Positions 9,753-26,004 of a DNA stretch of 64,000 bases are shown here, piece by piece. Source of the DNA: a virus (lineage: Duplodnaviria > Caudoviricetes); the IMG/VR virus record IMGVR_UViG_3300032295_003787, positions 387 to 64,386 of that record. One strand, 5' to 3'. Numbering within the stretch: position 1 is the first letter of the stretch; every line of letters begins with the position of its first letter. Below the pieces are notes generated by a model. It did no database searches, had not been told where the DNA came from, and saw only the letters and a program-made list of their open reading frames with translations. A program made the translations under genes and the position numbers.

Positions 9753-11105
9753 ATGTCCTACTCTGTCTCTCTTGATGATTTTTTTCTTGACTTTGAGCTT
9801 GCTTTCTCTCAGGGGGATTCGAGTATTTACGACACAGAAACTTTAAGAAAAAGCGAAACATTTAACAAATATGGTTTTGGTTCTTTAATACGACTATACG
9901 CATTGCCAGATGTTTTTAATTCTGGGAACATAAAACCAACTGTCGACTCAACAGAAGTACTTAGCTCTCTTGCAATTTCATATAATTACAATAAGGGGTT
10001 GACTTCAGCTTCTTGCTACGTAATAAAAGATAAAAATCTCTGGGTCGTACTTCCTTCTGTAATTACAACAGGTAAAACAGCTAAACAGATTTCTCAACAA
10101 GATGCTGTAAAAAAATATAAACGCGACGCAAAACATCTTGGCAAATTCAATAACGAGCAAAACGCCAAAAAATACAAGACGTATGTTGACTCCTATTTCG
10201 AGGCTTCACTAAAGGCAAGAGCTGGTTCCTCTGACACTAGAGCATTCGGTCCATATGTAACATCTTTTGAAGTTAGCTATTCAATAGAAGGAGCTAATCA
10301 AATTCAGTTTACGGTCATAGATAAAGACTATGAAATGATGGAAAAAAACTTTTTTATGAATCGCCGGCAAATTATGTACAGAGGTGAAATGTATGAAATT
10401 GGAGTAGTTGAGGTGGGCCAAGGCCCTGCCGGTTCTCCTCAGGTCACAGTAACGGCATGGAATGCTGCTGTACAAAAAATGAAACGCGATAAAAAACCAG
10501 AAAATTTATCTGGAAGCTCTGCCTACGAATACGCATTTAATGCTGCGAAAAAATACGGTCTTGCTTTTGTTGCGGAAAAACAAGGAAGAGTTCAAACCGT
10601 AAATAAGGGAAACGGAAACGACAGCGACGAAAGCGTTTGGTCGGTACTTCAATCTGCTGCCAACGCTGATGAATTCGTTTTGTACGTAATGGAGAATACG
10701 ATGTTTTATGGCTCGCAAAAGTGGCTTATGTGGAAATTTGGTACAGATTCAAAATCAACAACTAACACTAAAACCAAAGTAACTACAACAAAAAAATATT
10801 CTCGTTTATATTTTGACCCGGGGAAGACTATTCCTGCCGACGCTCAAAAATTTCAAGTAGCCCAATACCCCACCATAAGACAGTCTGAAAATGACCCGCT
10901 TGAGGGGGATGGCACAATAGAGGTCTTCAAGCCAAATGGGTGCATAATCAGACCTGGACACACTGTTATTATTGGTCCCAAGCCAAGTTTGTTTCAAGGT
11001 GGTTACCTAGTAACCGAAGTATCTTTTTCAGAAGGAACTAATAGCCCAGTACAAATTTCGTTTAGAACGCCAGAAAAACCATCAACACAAACGGATACGC
11101 CGTAA
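9753..11105 (+). CDS. Baseplate hub (gpD/gp27-like) with extra N-terminal domain
   Basis: C-terminal half has AKKYGL, ESVWSVLQSAA, IRPGHTVII and YLVTEVSF hub-like patterns; synteny. Confidence 0.6.
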   Translation: MSYSVSLDDFFLDFELAFSQGDSSIYDTETLRKSETFNKYGFGSLIRLYALPDVFNSGNIKPTVDSTEVLSSLAISYNYNKGLTSASCYVIKDKNLWVVLPSVITTGKTAKQISQQDAVKKYKRDAKHLGKFNNEQNAKKYKTYVDSYFEASLKARAGSSDTRAFGPYVTSFEVSYSIEGANQIQFTVIDKDYEMMEKNFFMNRRQIMYRGEMYEIGVVEVGQGPAGSPQVTVTAWNAAVQKMKRDKKPENLSGSSAYEYAFNAAKKYGLAFVAEKQGRVQTVNKGNGNDSDESVWSVLQSAANADEFVLYVMENTMFYGSQKWLMWKFGTDSKSTTNTKTKVTTTKKYSRLYFDPGKTIPADAQKFQVAQYPTIRQSENDPLEGDGTIEVFKPNGCIIRPGHTVIIGPKPSLFQGGYLVTEVSFSEGTNSPVQISFRTPEKPSTQTDTP

Positions 11106-11110
11106 ATATT

Positions 11111-11431
11111 ATGTCAATGTTTAATGCTTTAATAGGAACAGCCGAGTACACGAACCCTACAAAGGGTTCTTCAAAGCTGTCCAACCCGACAGCTATTTAT
11201 ATTGGAACAGTAACTCGAGTGACCGGCTCTCAGGTGATACTCAAAATACCAAAACTTAACCCTGTTTCAGAGTTTGGGCCGTGCGACGTTTACTGTCAAT
11301 TTCCAGTAGTTGGAGAGAACGTTTTGTGCTCTTATATAGATGGAAGATATGAACACATAGTTGTTTTGGCTAAAAAAACACTATCTGATACGTCTCTTAG
11401 TGATATGGTAGAAAGTCAGGTATTTGGATAA
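11111..11431 (+). CDS. Short baseplate spike (gpV-like OB fold)
   Basis: IYIGTVT...LKIP...PVVGENVLCSYIDG pattern. Confidence 0.55.
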   Translation: MSMFNALIGTAEYTNPTKGSSKLSNPTAIYIGTVTRVTGSQVILKIPKLNPVSEFGPCDVYCQFPVVGENVLCSYIDGRYEHIVVLAKKTLSDTSLSDMVESQVFG

Positions 11432-11724
11432 TGGACACACTAGGATTCCCAATACGTTTTAAGGATAACCACATAGTTTCGCATTATGAGGGAACAGACG
11501 ACTACTACAATCAGTTGATTTCGCTTTCTCTTCAGACAGCACCAGGAGAAATAGCTTTAGCTGTTGATTTTGGAATGAAAAATATGACTTTCGATAAACC
11601 AATAATTTCTGGGATAAAGCAGACTTTAAGTTTTTATTTTCCTGAAATAACTGTTAGCAGTTTAAATATTTTTGCGACAAGAGACACCGCAGATTATTCA
11701 ATAGAATTATCTTATACATACTAG
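11431..11724 (+). CDS. gp25-like baseplate wedge protein
   Basis: LGFPIRF and LQTAPGEI...DFG motifs; precedes baseplate J. Confidence 0.55.
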   Translation: MDTLGFPIRFKDNHIVSHYEGTDDYYNQLISLSLQTAPGEIALAVDFGMKNMTFDKPIISGIKQTLSFYFPEITVSSLNIFATRDTADYSIELSYTY

Positions 11725-11730
11725 GAAACC

Positions 11731-13335
11731 ATGGCATCACCAGATTTTTCAGAATACGTAGACCTAACAGTCAATGACCTTCAACCGCCAGAGCTGTATG
11801 CCGCTGCGGTTGACTATGCAAGAACAGCTCTTCCAGAGTTTGAGCCTCGAGCGGGCTCAGTAGAGGACGCATTACTGCAGGCCTTTGCCCTAATGAACTC
11901 TCTCTATATAGCCGCAGCAAACAGAATTCCTAACGGAACGATAGAAGGTGTTTTGAGACTTTTGGGTCTTGAAAGAAGAGAAGCAGGCGTATCGACAGTT
12001 AATGCAAACTTTATTGTTCTGACTTCTGGAGGAACTGTCGAACAGGGAACATCAGTAGCGTACTTAACAGAAGAAGACGGGAACACGGTTCAATATCCAT
12101 TCTTTGTTCGCGAAACAGTAATAGGCTCTCCAGGCTCATTCTCTGTTCCAGTAGTGCTTGAATCTACGGTTTTGGGGCCACTTCCTGCAATCCCTGCGGG
12201 AACTCGGTTTATAATAACCCAGCCATCCTCTGAGCTTATTTCATGCACTACATCATCTTCCCCAACGTCTGTAACCGCATCTGAAACGGATGAAGAATTT
12301 ATACGACGTGGTGTAACTTACCTTGACTCCCTGTCTAACTCGCTATGCACTGCAACACAAATCGAGTCCTACATACTCACCGCGTACCCATCTGTTACCA
12401 GATGCAAGGTTTACGACCTTGCTTATGGTTCCTCAACATCTCCAGTATCAACGACAACAACACAAGCAACAGTTAGTGGAAGCAATATAGATGTTGTAAT
12501 TGACTGCTCGGATGAAGAAGGTCAAATGTTTGCTTTCAACGATGGTCTCGGTCTTGATTTGGACGGAAGTTCTCTCTGGCTAACCACTCAAGAAATGCTG
12601 GGTAACGCAGAAGTGACAAAAGAGCTTTGCCCCTCGGGATTAGTCTCAACAGCCGGAGGGCAGACAATATCCATAGACTTATCTACGCAAGAAATAACAA
12701 TTGAAGACATACCTGCAGTAACTGAAACTACCGCAGCTTTTGGACAATCAATGGTTCAGCTTGTTAGCGGACTTCAGTTTTCAACGCTTGCAACTGCTCC
12801 GGCCCTCAGAACTCCAGACGCAAGAGGAATGTATGTAATTTTTATATGGGGCACGGATGGTTTACCAGTTTCATTTGACGAAAAAAATGCAATATACGAA
12901 GATATTTCCACAAGAACGCCAGTAGGTATAGATGCTTTTATTCACACTGCAATGCCTGTAGATATATATTTAACTCTTGAAATTGAAGTGTTGAACGGTT
13001 TTGTCGGCTCAAGCGTGGCAGCAGAAGTACAGGATTATTTGGATGCATATTTTAGCCCTGAGTTTTATGAATCATGGACAGAATATATATATAGGAATGA
13101 ATTTATAGTAAAGGCTTCTGAGGTCTCCGGAGTAAAAAGAGTTGTTTCTTCTGTTATGTATCTTCCAACATATGGAACTGGAGAAATAGGGACAACGACC
13201 GGAAGCTCTTATGTAAACAATCAGCGTATGGCTACTCTTGATACCGGTACACCATTAAATCCTCAATTCATAAGGTTTACATACGCCGGAACAATGCCTA
13301 AGGTAAAATCGGTGGTCACTCTTTATGGTTCCTGA
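11731..13335 (+). CDS. Baseplate J-like protein
   Basis: ETDEEFIRR, LCTATQIESY and SGVKRV motifs of gpJ/gp47. Confidence 0.85.
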   Translation: MASPDFSEYVDLTVNDLQPPELYAAAVDYARTALPEFEPRAGSVEDALLQAFALMNSLYIAAANRIPNGTIEGVLRLLGLERREAGVSTVNANFIVLTSGGTVEQGTSVAYLTEEDGNTVQYPFFVRETVIGSPGSFSVPVVLESTVLGPLPAIPAGTRFIITQPSSELISCTTSSSPTSVTASETDEEFIRRGVTYLDSLSNSLCTATQIESYILTAYPSVTRCKVYDLAYGSSTSPVSTTTTQATVSGSNIDVVIDCSDEEGQMFAFNDGLGLDLDGSSLWLTTQEMLGNAEVTKELCPSGLVSTAGGQTISIDLSTQEITIEDIPAVTETTAAFGQSMVQLVSGLQFSTLATAPALRTPDARGMYVIFIWGTDGLPVSFDEKNAIYEDISTRTPVGIDAFIHTAMPVDIYLTLEIEVLNGFVGSSVAAEVQDYLDAYFSPEFYESWTEYIYRNEFIVKASEVSGVKRVVSSVMYLPTYGTGEIGTTTGSSYVNNQRMATLDTGTPLNPQFIRFTYAGTMPKVKSVVTLYGS

Positions 13336-14734
13336 TTTACTTCCGTCAAGCTTAAAAAACTTAAGAGTTATTGGTAGCAATCTGGTTGGATGGGACAACC
13401 CTGACACAGAAATTCATGACATTGGTGATTCGGACCTAACCTTGTTAGCTGCAGGGCCAAGAACTACAAGACTTAGACCTTCGTACACTTACCCGACAGA
13501 ATATAGGCCAAGAGTATGGATGGGAACAAACTCTATTCCATATGACCCAAGATTTGATGACCGAGAAGTTGGATTTACTTTTTTTGCTCAAATAAACGAT
13601 GCAGCGACTGTAAACGTTTTTATATACGACACTGCTTCCGACGAGTATCACAACACAACTGGCGCAAATGAATCTTGGTTTCTAAACTGGACTACGGATT
13701 TTCCGCATGATGGAGATTTTGCAGGATGGGACCATCTACCAGAAGAAATAGACCTTGAAACTTTTGTAAACAACCATGAAATAGAAGGGACTTTTTCAAC
13801 TTTTACTTTCAACAAAAGTCCATACCAAATCGATGGAAAAGGGTTCCTGACAGACAACAAATGGCATGTCATAAGAACTGCGTGGCATCAGCTCCCTGGA
13901 GTTTCTTTGTCTAGAAACCTTGGCGTGTTCATAGAAGTTATATATGAAACTCCTGGAATTTCTCCGGAAAATGCTTCAACATACATCACTTATCCGGCGT
14001 TGACAACAAGATATGGATACTGGAATAGCACTATTGGGACGAGGCTTACCTACTTATCTCTCCCTGACGTTATTGTGGAAAATGACTCCATAAACGCAAG
14101 CTTGGATAGACCGCTCGGAAGACTTGTTGATGTTCTAACTCACAGCTCTGAAGTAATAGACGAGTTTGCTGAAAAATGGTCATACGTAGACATTGCTGGC
14201 GGATATTCAGAAGATGACAATACACAGAGAAGTCTTTTGACCGACCCAACGGTCGCTCCACTTAACAACCTAATGTGGCTGTCTCAGTTTGTTAGCTCAA
14301 AAAAGGAACTAGTCAGACCGACTTCTACGGCCTGGTCTGGAGTTCCATCAACATGGACAGATATTGAAGAACTGGTCGACGCCGACGAGAACTCAGAAGT
14401 TAGCTGGGAGGAGTTGCATGTTTACTCTCCAAGCTTTTCAAAACTAATCGAATACTTAAGATTTACGCTCACCACCGGGTTTGTAGGTTTTCGTGCAGGC
14501 AGTGAACAAGCCATAGTTGAAACAGTTAAATTTTTCTTAGAGCACAACAAAGTTGCCTATATTGACAAAAACCCGACTGGTACTAACCGATTCTCGGTCA
14601 CATTGTATACTTATATTGGCGATACCCCTGATGCTACGGGCGTCGGAGGGACGAGCGAATCAGTCAGGGCCGCCATAGAAATATCTAAGCCGATAGGCAT
14701 AGAGGTTAAACACGTAATTTTGGCGGACTTATAA
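13325..14734 (+). CDS. Baseplate wedge/tail protein (P2 gpI-like C-terminus)
   Basis: DPTVAPLNNLMWLSQFV, RAGSEQAI and KPIGIEV motifs; follows gpJ. Confidence 0.5.
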   Translation: MVPDLLPSSLKNLRVIGSNLVGWDNPDTEIHDIGDSDLTLLAAGPRTTRLRPSYTYPTEYRPRVWMGTNSIPYDPRFDDREVGFTFFAQINDAATVNVFIYDTASDEYHNTTGANESWFLNWTTDFPHDGDFAGWDHLPEEIDLETFVNNHEIEGTFSTFTFNKSPYQIDGKGFLTDNKWHVIRTAWHQLPGVSLSRNLGVFIEVIYETPGISPENASTYITYPALTTRYGYWNSTIGTRLTYLSLPDVIVENDSINASLDRPLGRLVDVLTHSSEVIDEFAEKWSYVDIAGGYSEDDNTQRSLLTDPTVAPLNNLMWLSQFVSSKKELVRPTSTAWSGVPSTWTDIEELVDADENSEVSWEELHVYSPSFSKLIEYLRFTLTTGFVGFRAGSEQAIVETVKFFLEHNKVAYIDKNPTGTNRFSVTLYTYIGDTPDATGVGGTSESVRAAIEISKPIGIEVKHVILADL

Positions 14735-14735
14735 A

Positions 14736-15158
14736 ATGGCTATAACAGAAACACCGAGATTTTTGCTTACAAGATGGAGTTCGGATGACGACGAACTTTT
14801 GCGGCTCCAGTTTGACAGTACCCACGCAAGGCTAGATGCCACAGCTGCAAAATTTCTTGTGGGGACTGGCTCGCCTCCCACTGGAGCGGCTGAATACGTT
14901 GGAGCTTTTTTCTTTAATACGTCAACTGATGTTCTGTGGTTCTATGACGGCTCTGTCACTTCTGGCGGAGTATTTACAGCAGGCAGCTGGGTAAAAATTA
15001 ACGAAATAGCTAAGACTAGGGTTGATACCGCAGTCACTGGCGGGCCTGGTGTTTATTACAACGGAACAGGAACTGGCGGTGGCGCAATCACGTATGGAAC
15101 AGCAGCCCCAAGCGGAACAGCCAACGAAGGCGACATTTACCTTCGGTATTTAGCGTAG
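14736..15158 (+). CDS. Tail fibre-associated structural protein
   Basis: GTAAPSG..EGDIYL fibre-type motif; synteny. Confidence 0.45.
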   Translation: MAITETPRFLLTRWSSDDDELLRLQFDSTHARLDATAAKFLVGTGSPPTGAAEYVGAFFFNTSTDVLWFYDGSVTSGGVFTAGSWVKINEIAKTRVDTAVTGGPGVYYNGTGTGGGAITYGTAAPSGTANEGDIYLRYLA

Positions 15159-15165
15159 GCGCAAA

Positions 15166-17217
15166 ATGGCCTACCCTGAGCAACCTTCCTATTTACGAAT
15201 TGGCTCTAGCTGGAAAGTTATAGAGCAGGCTTTTGTATATAAAAGCAGCGCCTGGAAACGAATAAACCAGGCTTATATTTATGAGGCTGGGGCTTGGAAG
15301 CGTGTATATGCCTATGACACCATAGCTCCTACAATTTTGCGGTTTTCGCTTACTGATACCGTTTCTGGCCAGACGTATGGCTCATCAAAAACAGCGGCGT
15401 CTTACGTTCTTGAGTTCAGCGAGCCTATAACTGGGTGGGACGATGACATGATTACGATTTCATCAAATCCCGGAAACGCTTGGGAAATAGAATCAATAAC
15501 CACATCGGACGACACTTCCTATGTAGTGGAGATAAATAAGTCTGGAACACAAACGTCAGGAACGGTCACTCTTTCGGTTGACCCATCTGGAGTAACTGAT
15601 GAATCTGAAATCAATGCATGGGCCGGTTCACCTACTGCTTCTCAGTCTTTTTCTATAGACGTAACTCGGCCAGCTGTATCTGAGTTTGCTTCCGCGTCGG
15701 CAAGTGCTTCTCGTACTGTTACTTTTTCTCTAAGGTTTTCGGAGTCAATAACAGGCCTGATTCAATCAGAATTTACTATTGGCGGAACATCCACAGGATG
15801 GCAAATAAGCTCTTTTTCCGGTTCCGGAAGTCTTTACACGATAGTTCTAACAGAAACGTCTTTGGGCTCAACAACCAACGGGACATTGACTTTGTCTATA
15901 CCCCAAGATTCAGTCGTAGACGCTATCGGTAACACTGGACCGGCTGCTACGGCGACTTCTTCAACTTTTACTGTTAGCAGAACTCCGGTGACCCCATCCG
16001 TTTCTGCTGTTAGCTCAACAGACCTGACTCTCCACAACAGAAGAGTCAACTACACAGTTAGTGTTCCCGCTGGACTTACGACAATAACCCACGTTTATGG
16101 ATATCTGTATAACGAAAATGACACATATATTACAGAGCAGGCTATTGACGTAACAGATACACAGTCCGCATTTACAACAAACGGTTCTTTTGATGTTGGT
16201 AGAAACCCAGGAACGAAGTACTACGTTCGAGCCAGAACGCTCAATACCGCGTCTTTGTATAGCGAATACTCGTTAAGGCAGGAAATAACCACAGGTGGCG
16301 ACAGAACACCGCCAGTATTGGCTGCCCCGACTGTTACGGCGAACACTCCTGCCGACCCTGGTGTAAACACTACTGTCGTCAGGTCTTTGTCTTACTCTTT
16401 CGCTTCTCCTTCTAGCTATCTGACGGATGAAGTCGAAAAAGTGAATATTTACTGCATTCGTTCTTCGGACGGAGCACAAGTAGGAACTACCGAGGTATCA
16501 AAAGGCGCTGGATGGGGAACGACCGCTTTGACCGGAACGTTTGGAAGCCTTGCATCAAGCACAAACTATTACATATATGCAAAATCAACTGATATATATG
16601 GCGGAACAAACAGCACAGCTAACAGTGATTCAACAACCAGGTCTACAACAGCAACGGTCACCGTTCAGACAGGTTCTTTGTCTTACGACTGGGGTGCAGA
16701 AACAGACGTTGACGACAGACAAACCGGAGAATTCATGGTAACTGGAAACACCTTTACGCAAGTTTCCTCTGTATTTTCTGTGCCTGGATATAGAACGCGA
16801 AATCTAACTATCTCCCCAATGGTCGAAGGAGAAGAAACATATAAGGTCACCGACGTTATGGTGACAGCCTACGTTGTTATTGCCAGTCTTACCCTATGTA
16901 CAGATGGAAGATATTTCCGCGTTGATTGGTCTGGAGCCGCAACAAGTTTTCCATCATCAGGGCAGGCAGATACATACAATGCTCTTCAGGCCCCATTTAA
17001 TCAGGCCGGTAAAGATGTAGTAAGAGAAGAGTCCGCAGGATTTACTCTAGGCTACGACAACGGCGGAGGCGGAAGAATACGGGTTAGGGGTGATGGCTCG
17101 ATTGGAACATGGTCAGCTCCACCGTCAGCTGACCAGAGAATACGCGTAAGAATGATAATTAAGATGAAGAAAAAAACCTGGACAAAAACAGACACTCGAA
17201 ACAGTTACTCATATTAA
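15166..17217 (+). CDS. Ig-like/FN3 repeat virion adhesin
   Basis: Ser/Thr-rich Big-type repeats (FSEPITG, FSESITG, DAIGN) and FN3-like YYVRAR. C-terminal domain is shared with 35078..36628. Confidence 0.6.
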   Translation: MAYPEQPSYLRIGSSWKVIEQAFVYKSSAWKRINQAYIYEAGAWKRVYAYDTIAPTILRFSLTDTVSGQTYGSSKTAASYVLEFSEPITGWDDDMITISSNPGNAWEIESITTSDDTSYVVEINKSGTQTSGTVTLSVDPSGVTDESEINAWAGSPTASQSFSIDVTRPAVSEFASASASASRTVTFSLRFSESITGLIQSEFTIGGTSTGWQISSFSGSGSLYTIVLTETSLGSTTNGTLTLSIPQDSVVDAIGNTGPAATATSSTFTVSRTPVTPSVSAVSSTDLTLHNRRVNYTVSVPAGLTTITHVYGYLYNENDTYITEQAIDVTDTQSAFTTNGSFDVGRNPGTKYYVRARTLNTASLYSEYSLRQEITTGGDRTPPVLAAPTVTANTPADPGVNTTVVRSLSYSFASPSSYLTDEVEKVNIYCIRSSDGAQVGTTEVSKGAGWGTTALTGTFGSLASSTNYYIYAKSTDIYGGTNSTANSDSTTRSTTATVTVQTGSLSYDWGAETDVDDRQTGEFMVTGNTFTQVSSVFSVPGYRTRNLTISPMVEGEETYKVTDVMVTAYVVIASLTLCTDGRYFRVDWSGAATSFPSSGQADTYNALQAPFNQAGKDVVREESAGFTLGYDNGGGGRIRVRGDGSIGTWSAPPSADQRIRVRMIIKMKKKTWTKTDTRNSYSY

Positions 17218-17285
17218 TCTAGACAAATTTATTCATGTCAACGTTGGTCGCCAAATAACCAACCTTTGCAGGACTGGAAAACATT

Positions 17286-17504
17286 ATGGCAAACAACGAA
17301 GAGATGAATGAAATATTTCGGGAATTGGTTCACAAGTCAATGCCTGAAAAACTGATAGTCAACTTCGTGATAGTCGCGGAAGTTGCCGACGAAAAAGGTT
17401 CACAGCTAAATCTTTTTGTGAGCGACACCATGTCCCCTTGGCTAGCTCACGGGATGCTCGAATACGCAATAGACATGATTGCATCAGAAGACGAAGAAGA
17501 ATAA
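17286..17504 (+). CDS. Hypothetical protein
   Basis: 72-aa ORF in the operon. Confidence 0.5.
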   Translation: MANNEEMNEIFRELVHKSMPEKLIVNFVIVAEVADEKGSQLNLFVSDTMSPWLAHGMLEYAIDMIASEDEEE

Positions 17505-17555
17505 GTCTAGAAAAGCAAGTATTGGTCTACAATTTATTAGTTAGGAGGTGGGCAA

Positions 17556-17921
17556 ATGCTTGCTGGAAATTACAACATGGTCTGCGAGCAGGGAACGACA
17601 TACACCCGAAGATTCGAGCTTCAATACCCAGACGAAACCGACCCCACAATTTACCACCCATGGGACCTGGATGGGTATAAAGCCAGAATGCAGGTGAGGC
17701 GCACTATTGAGTCCTCCACAGCAATGATTACCCTGACTACGGAAAATGGCGGAATAACCATAGACGACGAAGAAGGTGCAGTGACCGTACAGATGACCGC
17801 GTCTCAGACCTCGTCGATAACCAATAGTGGTGTTTACGACATTGAGCTCATAGATGCTTCTCTTAACGTATCCAGGCTTGTTCAGGGTGAATTCATACTT
17901 TCTTATGAGGTAACTCGGTGA
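17556..17921 (+). CDS. Small Ig-fold virion structural protein
   Basis: EQGTT...DLDGYKARMQVR...GVYDIEL...RLVQG pattern common in phage structural genes; AGGAGG RBS. Confidence 0.6.
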   Translation: MLAGNYNMVCEQGTTYTRRFELQYPDETDPTIYHPWDLDGYKARMQVRRTIESSTAMITLTTENGGITIDDEEGAVTVQMTASQTSSITNSGVYDIELIDASLNVSRLVQGEFILSYEVTR

Positions 17922-18229
17922 GCAATAACGTCCCCAATAACGTCAACGTCTTCCAGGACACCCCCAACCAGGTTCTTGTAAATGAGCAGGCCCCCAACTT
18001 GGTTGTTATTCGCTCTGGCGGAGGCGGCGGAAACACGCGCAGATTTGTCTACGAAAAACCTATAGTTTCTAGCGAATGGGTCATTACCCACACCCTGGGA
18101 GGCTTCCCATCCGTAACTGTTGTCGATTCTGCAGGTACACAGGTTATTGGTGAGGTAAAATATGACAGTACGACGCAAATAACTGTCAAGTTCACCGCTG
18201 CGTTCTCAGGATACGCATACCTAACCTAA
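17918..18229 (+). CDS. Small virion structural protein
   Basis: WVITHTLG.FPSVTVVDSAG...FSGYAYL motif; GTGA overlap with the previous gene. Confidence 0.55.
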   Translation: MSNNVPNNVNVFQDTPNQVLVNEQAPNLVVIRSGGGGGNTRRFVYEKPIVSSEWVITHTLGGFPSVTVVDSAGTQVIGEVKYDSTTQITVKFTAAFSGYAYLT

Positions 18230-18240
18230 ATTGAGGAAAA

Positions 18241-19533
18241 ATGGCAACTAAATTTCTAACAAATCTTGACCTAAATCAAAATCAGATTTTAAGTGGTCGC
18301 TTTGAGGTTTTAGGCACAGACCCAACCGGTTTCGCCGGCAGAATGTACTACAACAGCGACAATGGTGTTGTTCGTCTGTTTAATGGCACGGCTTGGGTAA
18401 ATGCGATTAGTTCCATTACTTCAGCTGGGACTCATACCGACGCAATTACGATTACTCCGTCCACAAACGGAACTGTTACCATCACCCTGAACCTTGCAGA
18501 TACAGACTCTGCCGGTTTGCTTTCCGCCACTTTTTGGAACGACCTTACCGACGCAACAGCTAATGCCACAGCTTCAAAACTGGTCAAAAGAGACGCAAAT
18601 GGAAACATTAAGGTTGCCACCCCTACGGATGCCGACCATGCTGCAACAAAGGGCTATGTAGACGCTGCTCGTTCTGGGCTTGATGTTAAGCAGTCTGTTC
18701 GTGCAGCAACCACTGTCGCTGTAAACCTCACGTCTGAGCTTGAGGCTGGCGACACAATTGACACTAGCGTTACGCTGGTTGCTGGCGACCGAGTACTTGT
18801 AAAGAATCAGGGGACCGCTTCAGAGAACGGTATCTATGTTGTTCAGGCTTCTGGCGCAGCAGTTCGTGCGACAGACTTTGACGGTACTGGCGAAGTTTCC
18901 GGTGGAGCATTTACATTCGTTGAAGAAGGAAATGTAAACGCCGACTCTGGCTGGGTTGTATCAAGCAACGGAGCTATTGCTGTTGGCACCGACGCTATTA
19001 ACTGGGTTCAGTTCTCCGGTGCTGGTCAAATCACTGCTGGTGACGGTCTTACAAAAGACGGAAACACAATCAATGTTGTCGGAACAGCTGACCGAATTAC
19101 CGCTAATGCAAACAGCGTGGACATTGCCTCTACGTATGCTGGTCAATCAAGCATTACAACCCTTGGAACAATCACCACTGGTACGTGGAATGGCACAGAC
19201 ATTGCTGTTGCAGACGGTGGTACTGGCTCCTCAACCGAATCTGGGGCTAGAACAAACCTCGCTTCAGCGACATCCGAGGCAACTGGAAGAACAACAAGCA
19301 CCCCATCTTTGTCTCGAGTGGCCAAGCAGGGTTGTGCAGCGTCTTCTGCTGGTGTATCGACAACAACGGTAACTCACAACTTCGGAACATCTGACGTAAT
19401 GGTTCAAATATACGAAGTAATAAGCGGCGCTACTGTTTTTGGAGATGTGTCTCGTTCAAACGGAAACACAATTTCAGTAGTTCTCAATGGAACAATTTCA
19501 GCAAACGACTACATAATTGTAGTCACTGGATAG
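18241..19533 (+). CDS. Tail fibre-like structural protein
   Basis: [36 protein letters not shown] and IAVADGGTG fibre motifs. Confidence 0.7.
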   Translation: MATKFLTNLDLNQNQILSGRFEVLGTDPTGFAGRMYYNSDNGVVRLFNGTAWVNAISSITSAGTHTDAITITPSTNGTVTITLNLADTDSAGLLSATFWNDLTDATANATASKLVKRDANGNIKVATPTDADHAATKGYVDAARSGLDVKQSVRAATTVAVNLTSELEAGDTIDTSVTLVAGDRVLVKNQGTASENGIYVVQASGAAVRATDFDGTGEVSGGAFTFVEEGNVNADSGWVVSSNGAIAVGTDAINWVQFSGAGQITAGDGLTKDGNTINVVGTADRITANANSVDIASTYAGQSSITTLGTITTGTWNGTDIAVADGGTGSSTESGARTNLASATSEATGRTTSTPSLSRVAKQGCAASSAGVSTTTVTHNFGTSDVMVQIYEVISGATVFGDVSRSNGNTISVVLNGTISANDYIIVVTG

Positions 19534-19540
19534 GAGTAGT

Positions 19541-19729
19541 ATGAAAATTACAGAAGAACAAAAAGCAATATTTGCATCATATGCAAGAAGCGTATTGGGT
19601 GCTGCGGTTGCTACCTATGCAGCTACTGGTGATATTAAACTGGCAGCAAATGCTCTTTGGGCAGCAGCTCTTCCAGTGGCACTTCGCTACCTAAACCCCA
19701 AAGATACAGCATTTGGTAAAAAGGCTTAA
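19541..19729 (+). CDS. Small membrane protein (holin-like)
   Basis: 62 aa with two hydrophobic segments, ending LRYLNPKD.AFG. Confidence 0.45.
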   Translation: MKITEEQKAIFASYARSVLGAAVATYAATGDIKLAANALWAAALPVALRYLNPKDTAFGKKA

Positions 19730-19736
19730 TGCCTAG

Positions 19737-25775
<6,039 letters not shown>

Positions 25776-25777
25776 GT

Positions 25778-26002
25778 ATGAGTAGCAAGAAAGAAACACA
25801 AATTGTTCATGACTGGTCAACCGGTGAACTAGTTACATATGAAATACAAGTATCTAAAATTCAATCATCTGAACCAGAAAATCAACAATCTACAGAAGAA
25901 CAGATTCAGTCACGTCTCGAAGCAAAAGCATCTGCTTCAGCAAAACTTTCTGCATTAGGTCTAACCGAAGAAGAAATAAACGCGATTATTGGCGGTGTCT
26001 AG
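25778..26002 (+). CDS. Small protein after the fibre (possible fibre chaperone)
   Basis: KASASAKLSALGLTEEEINAI C-terminus, typical of fibre-adjacent small proteins. Confidence 0.5.
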   Translation: MSSKKETQIVHDWSTGELVTYEIQVSKIQSSEPENQQSTEEQIQSRLEAKASASAKLSALGLTEEEINAIIGGV

Positions 26003-26004
26003 AA

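Noticed and set aside
1-15158. Bacterial contractile injection system or tailocin rather than phage
   Set aside because: Head-tail joining genes, a lysis cassette, replication genes and phage-type early genes are contiguous, and no host housekeeping genes are present.
17119-17127. CCACCGTCA partial match to box A in the late region (similar partial near 53861)
   Set aside because: Only 8-9 bp, inside coding sequence, with no box B at 18-19 nt; consistent with chance.
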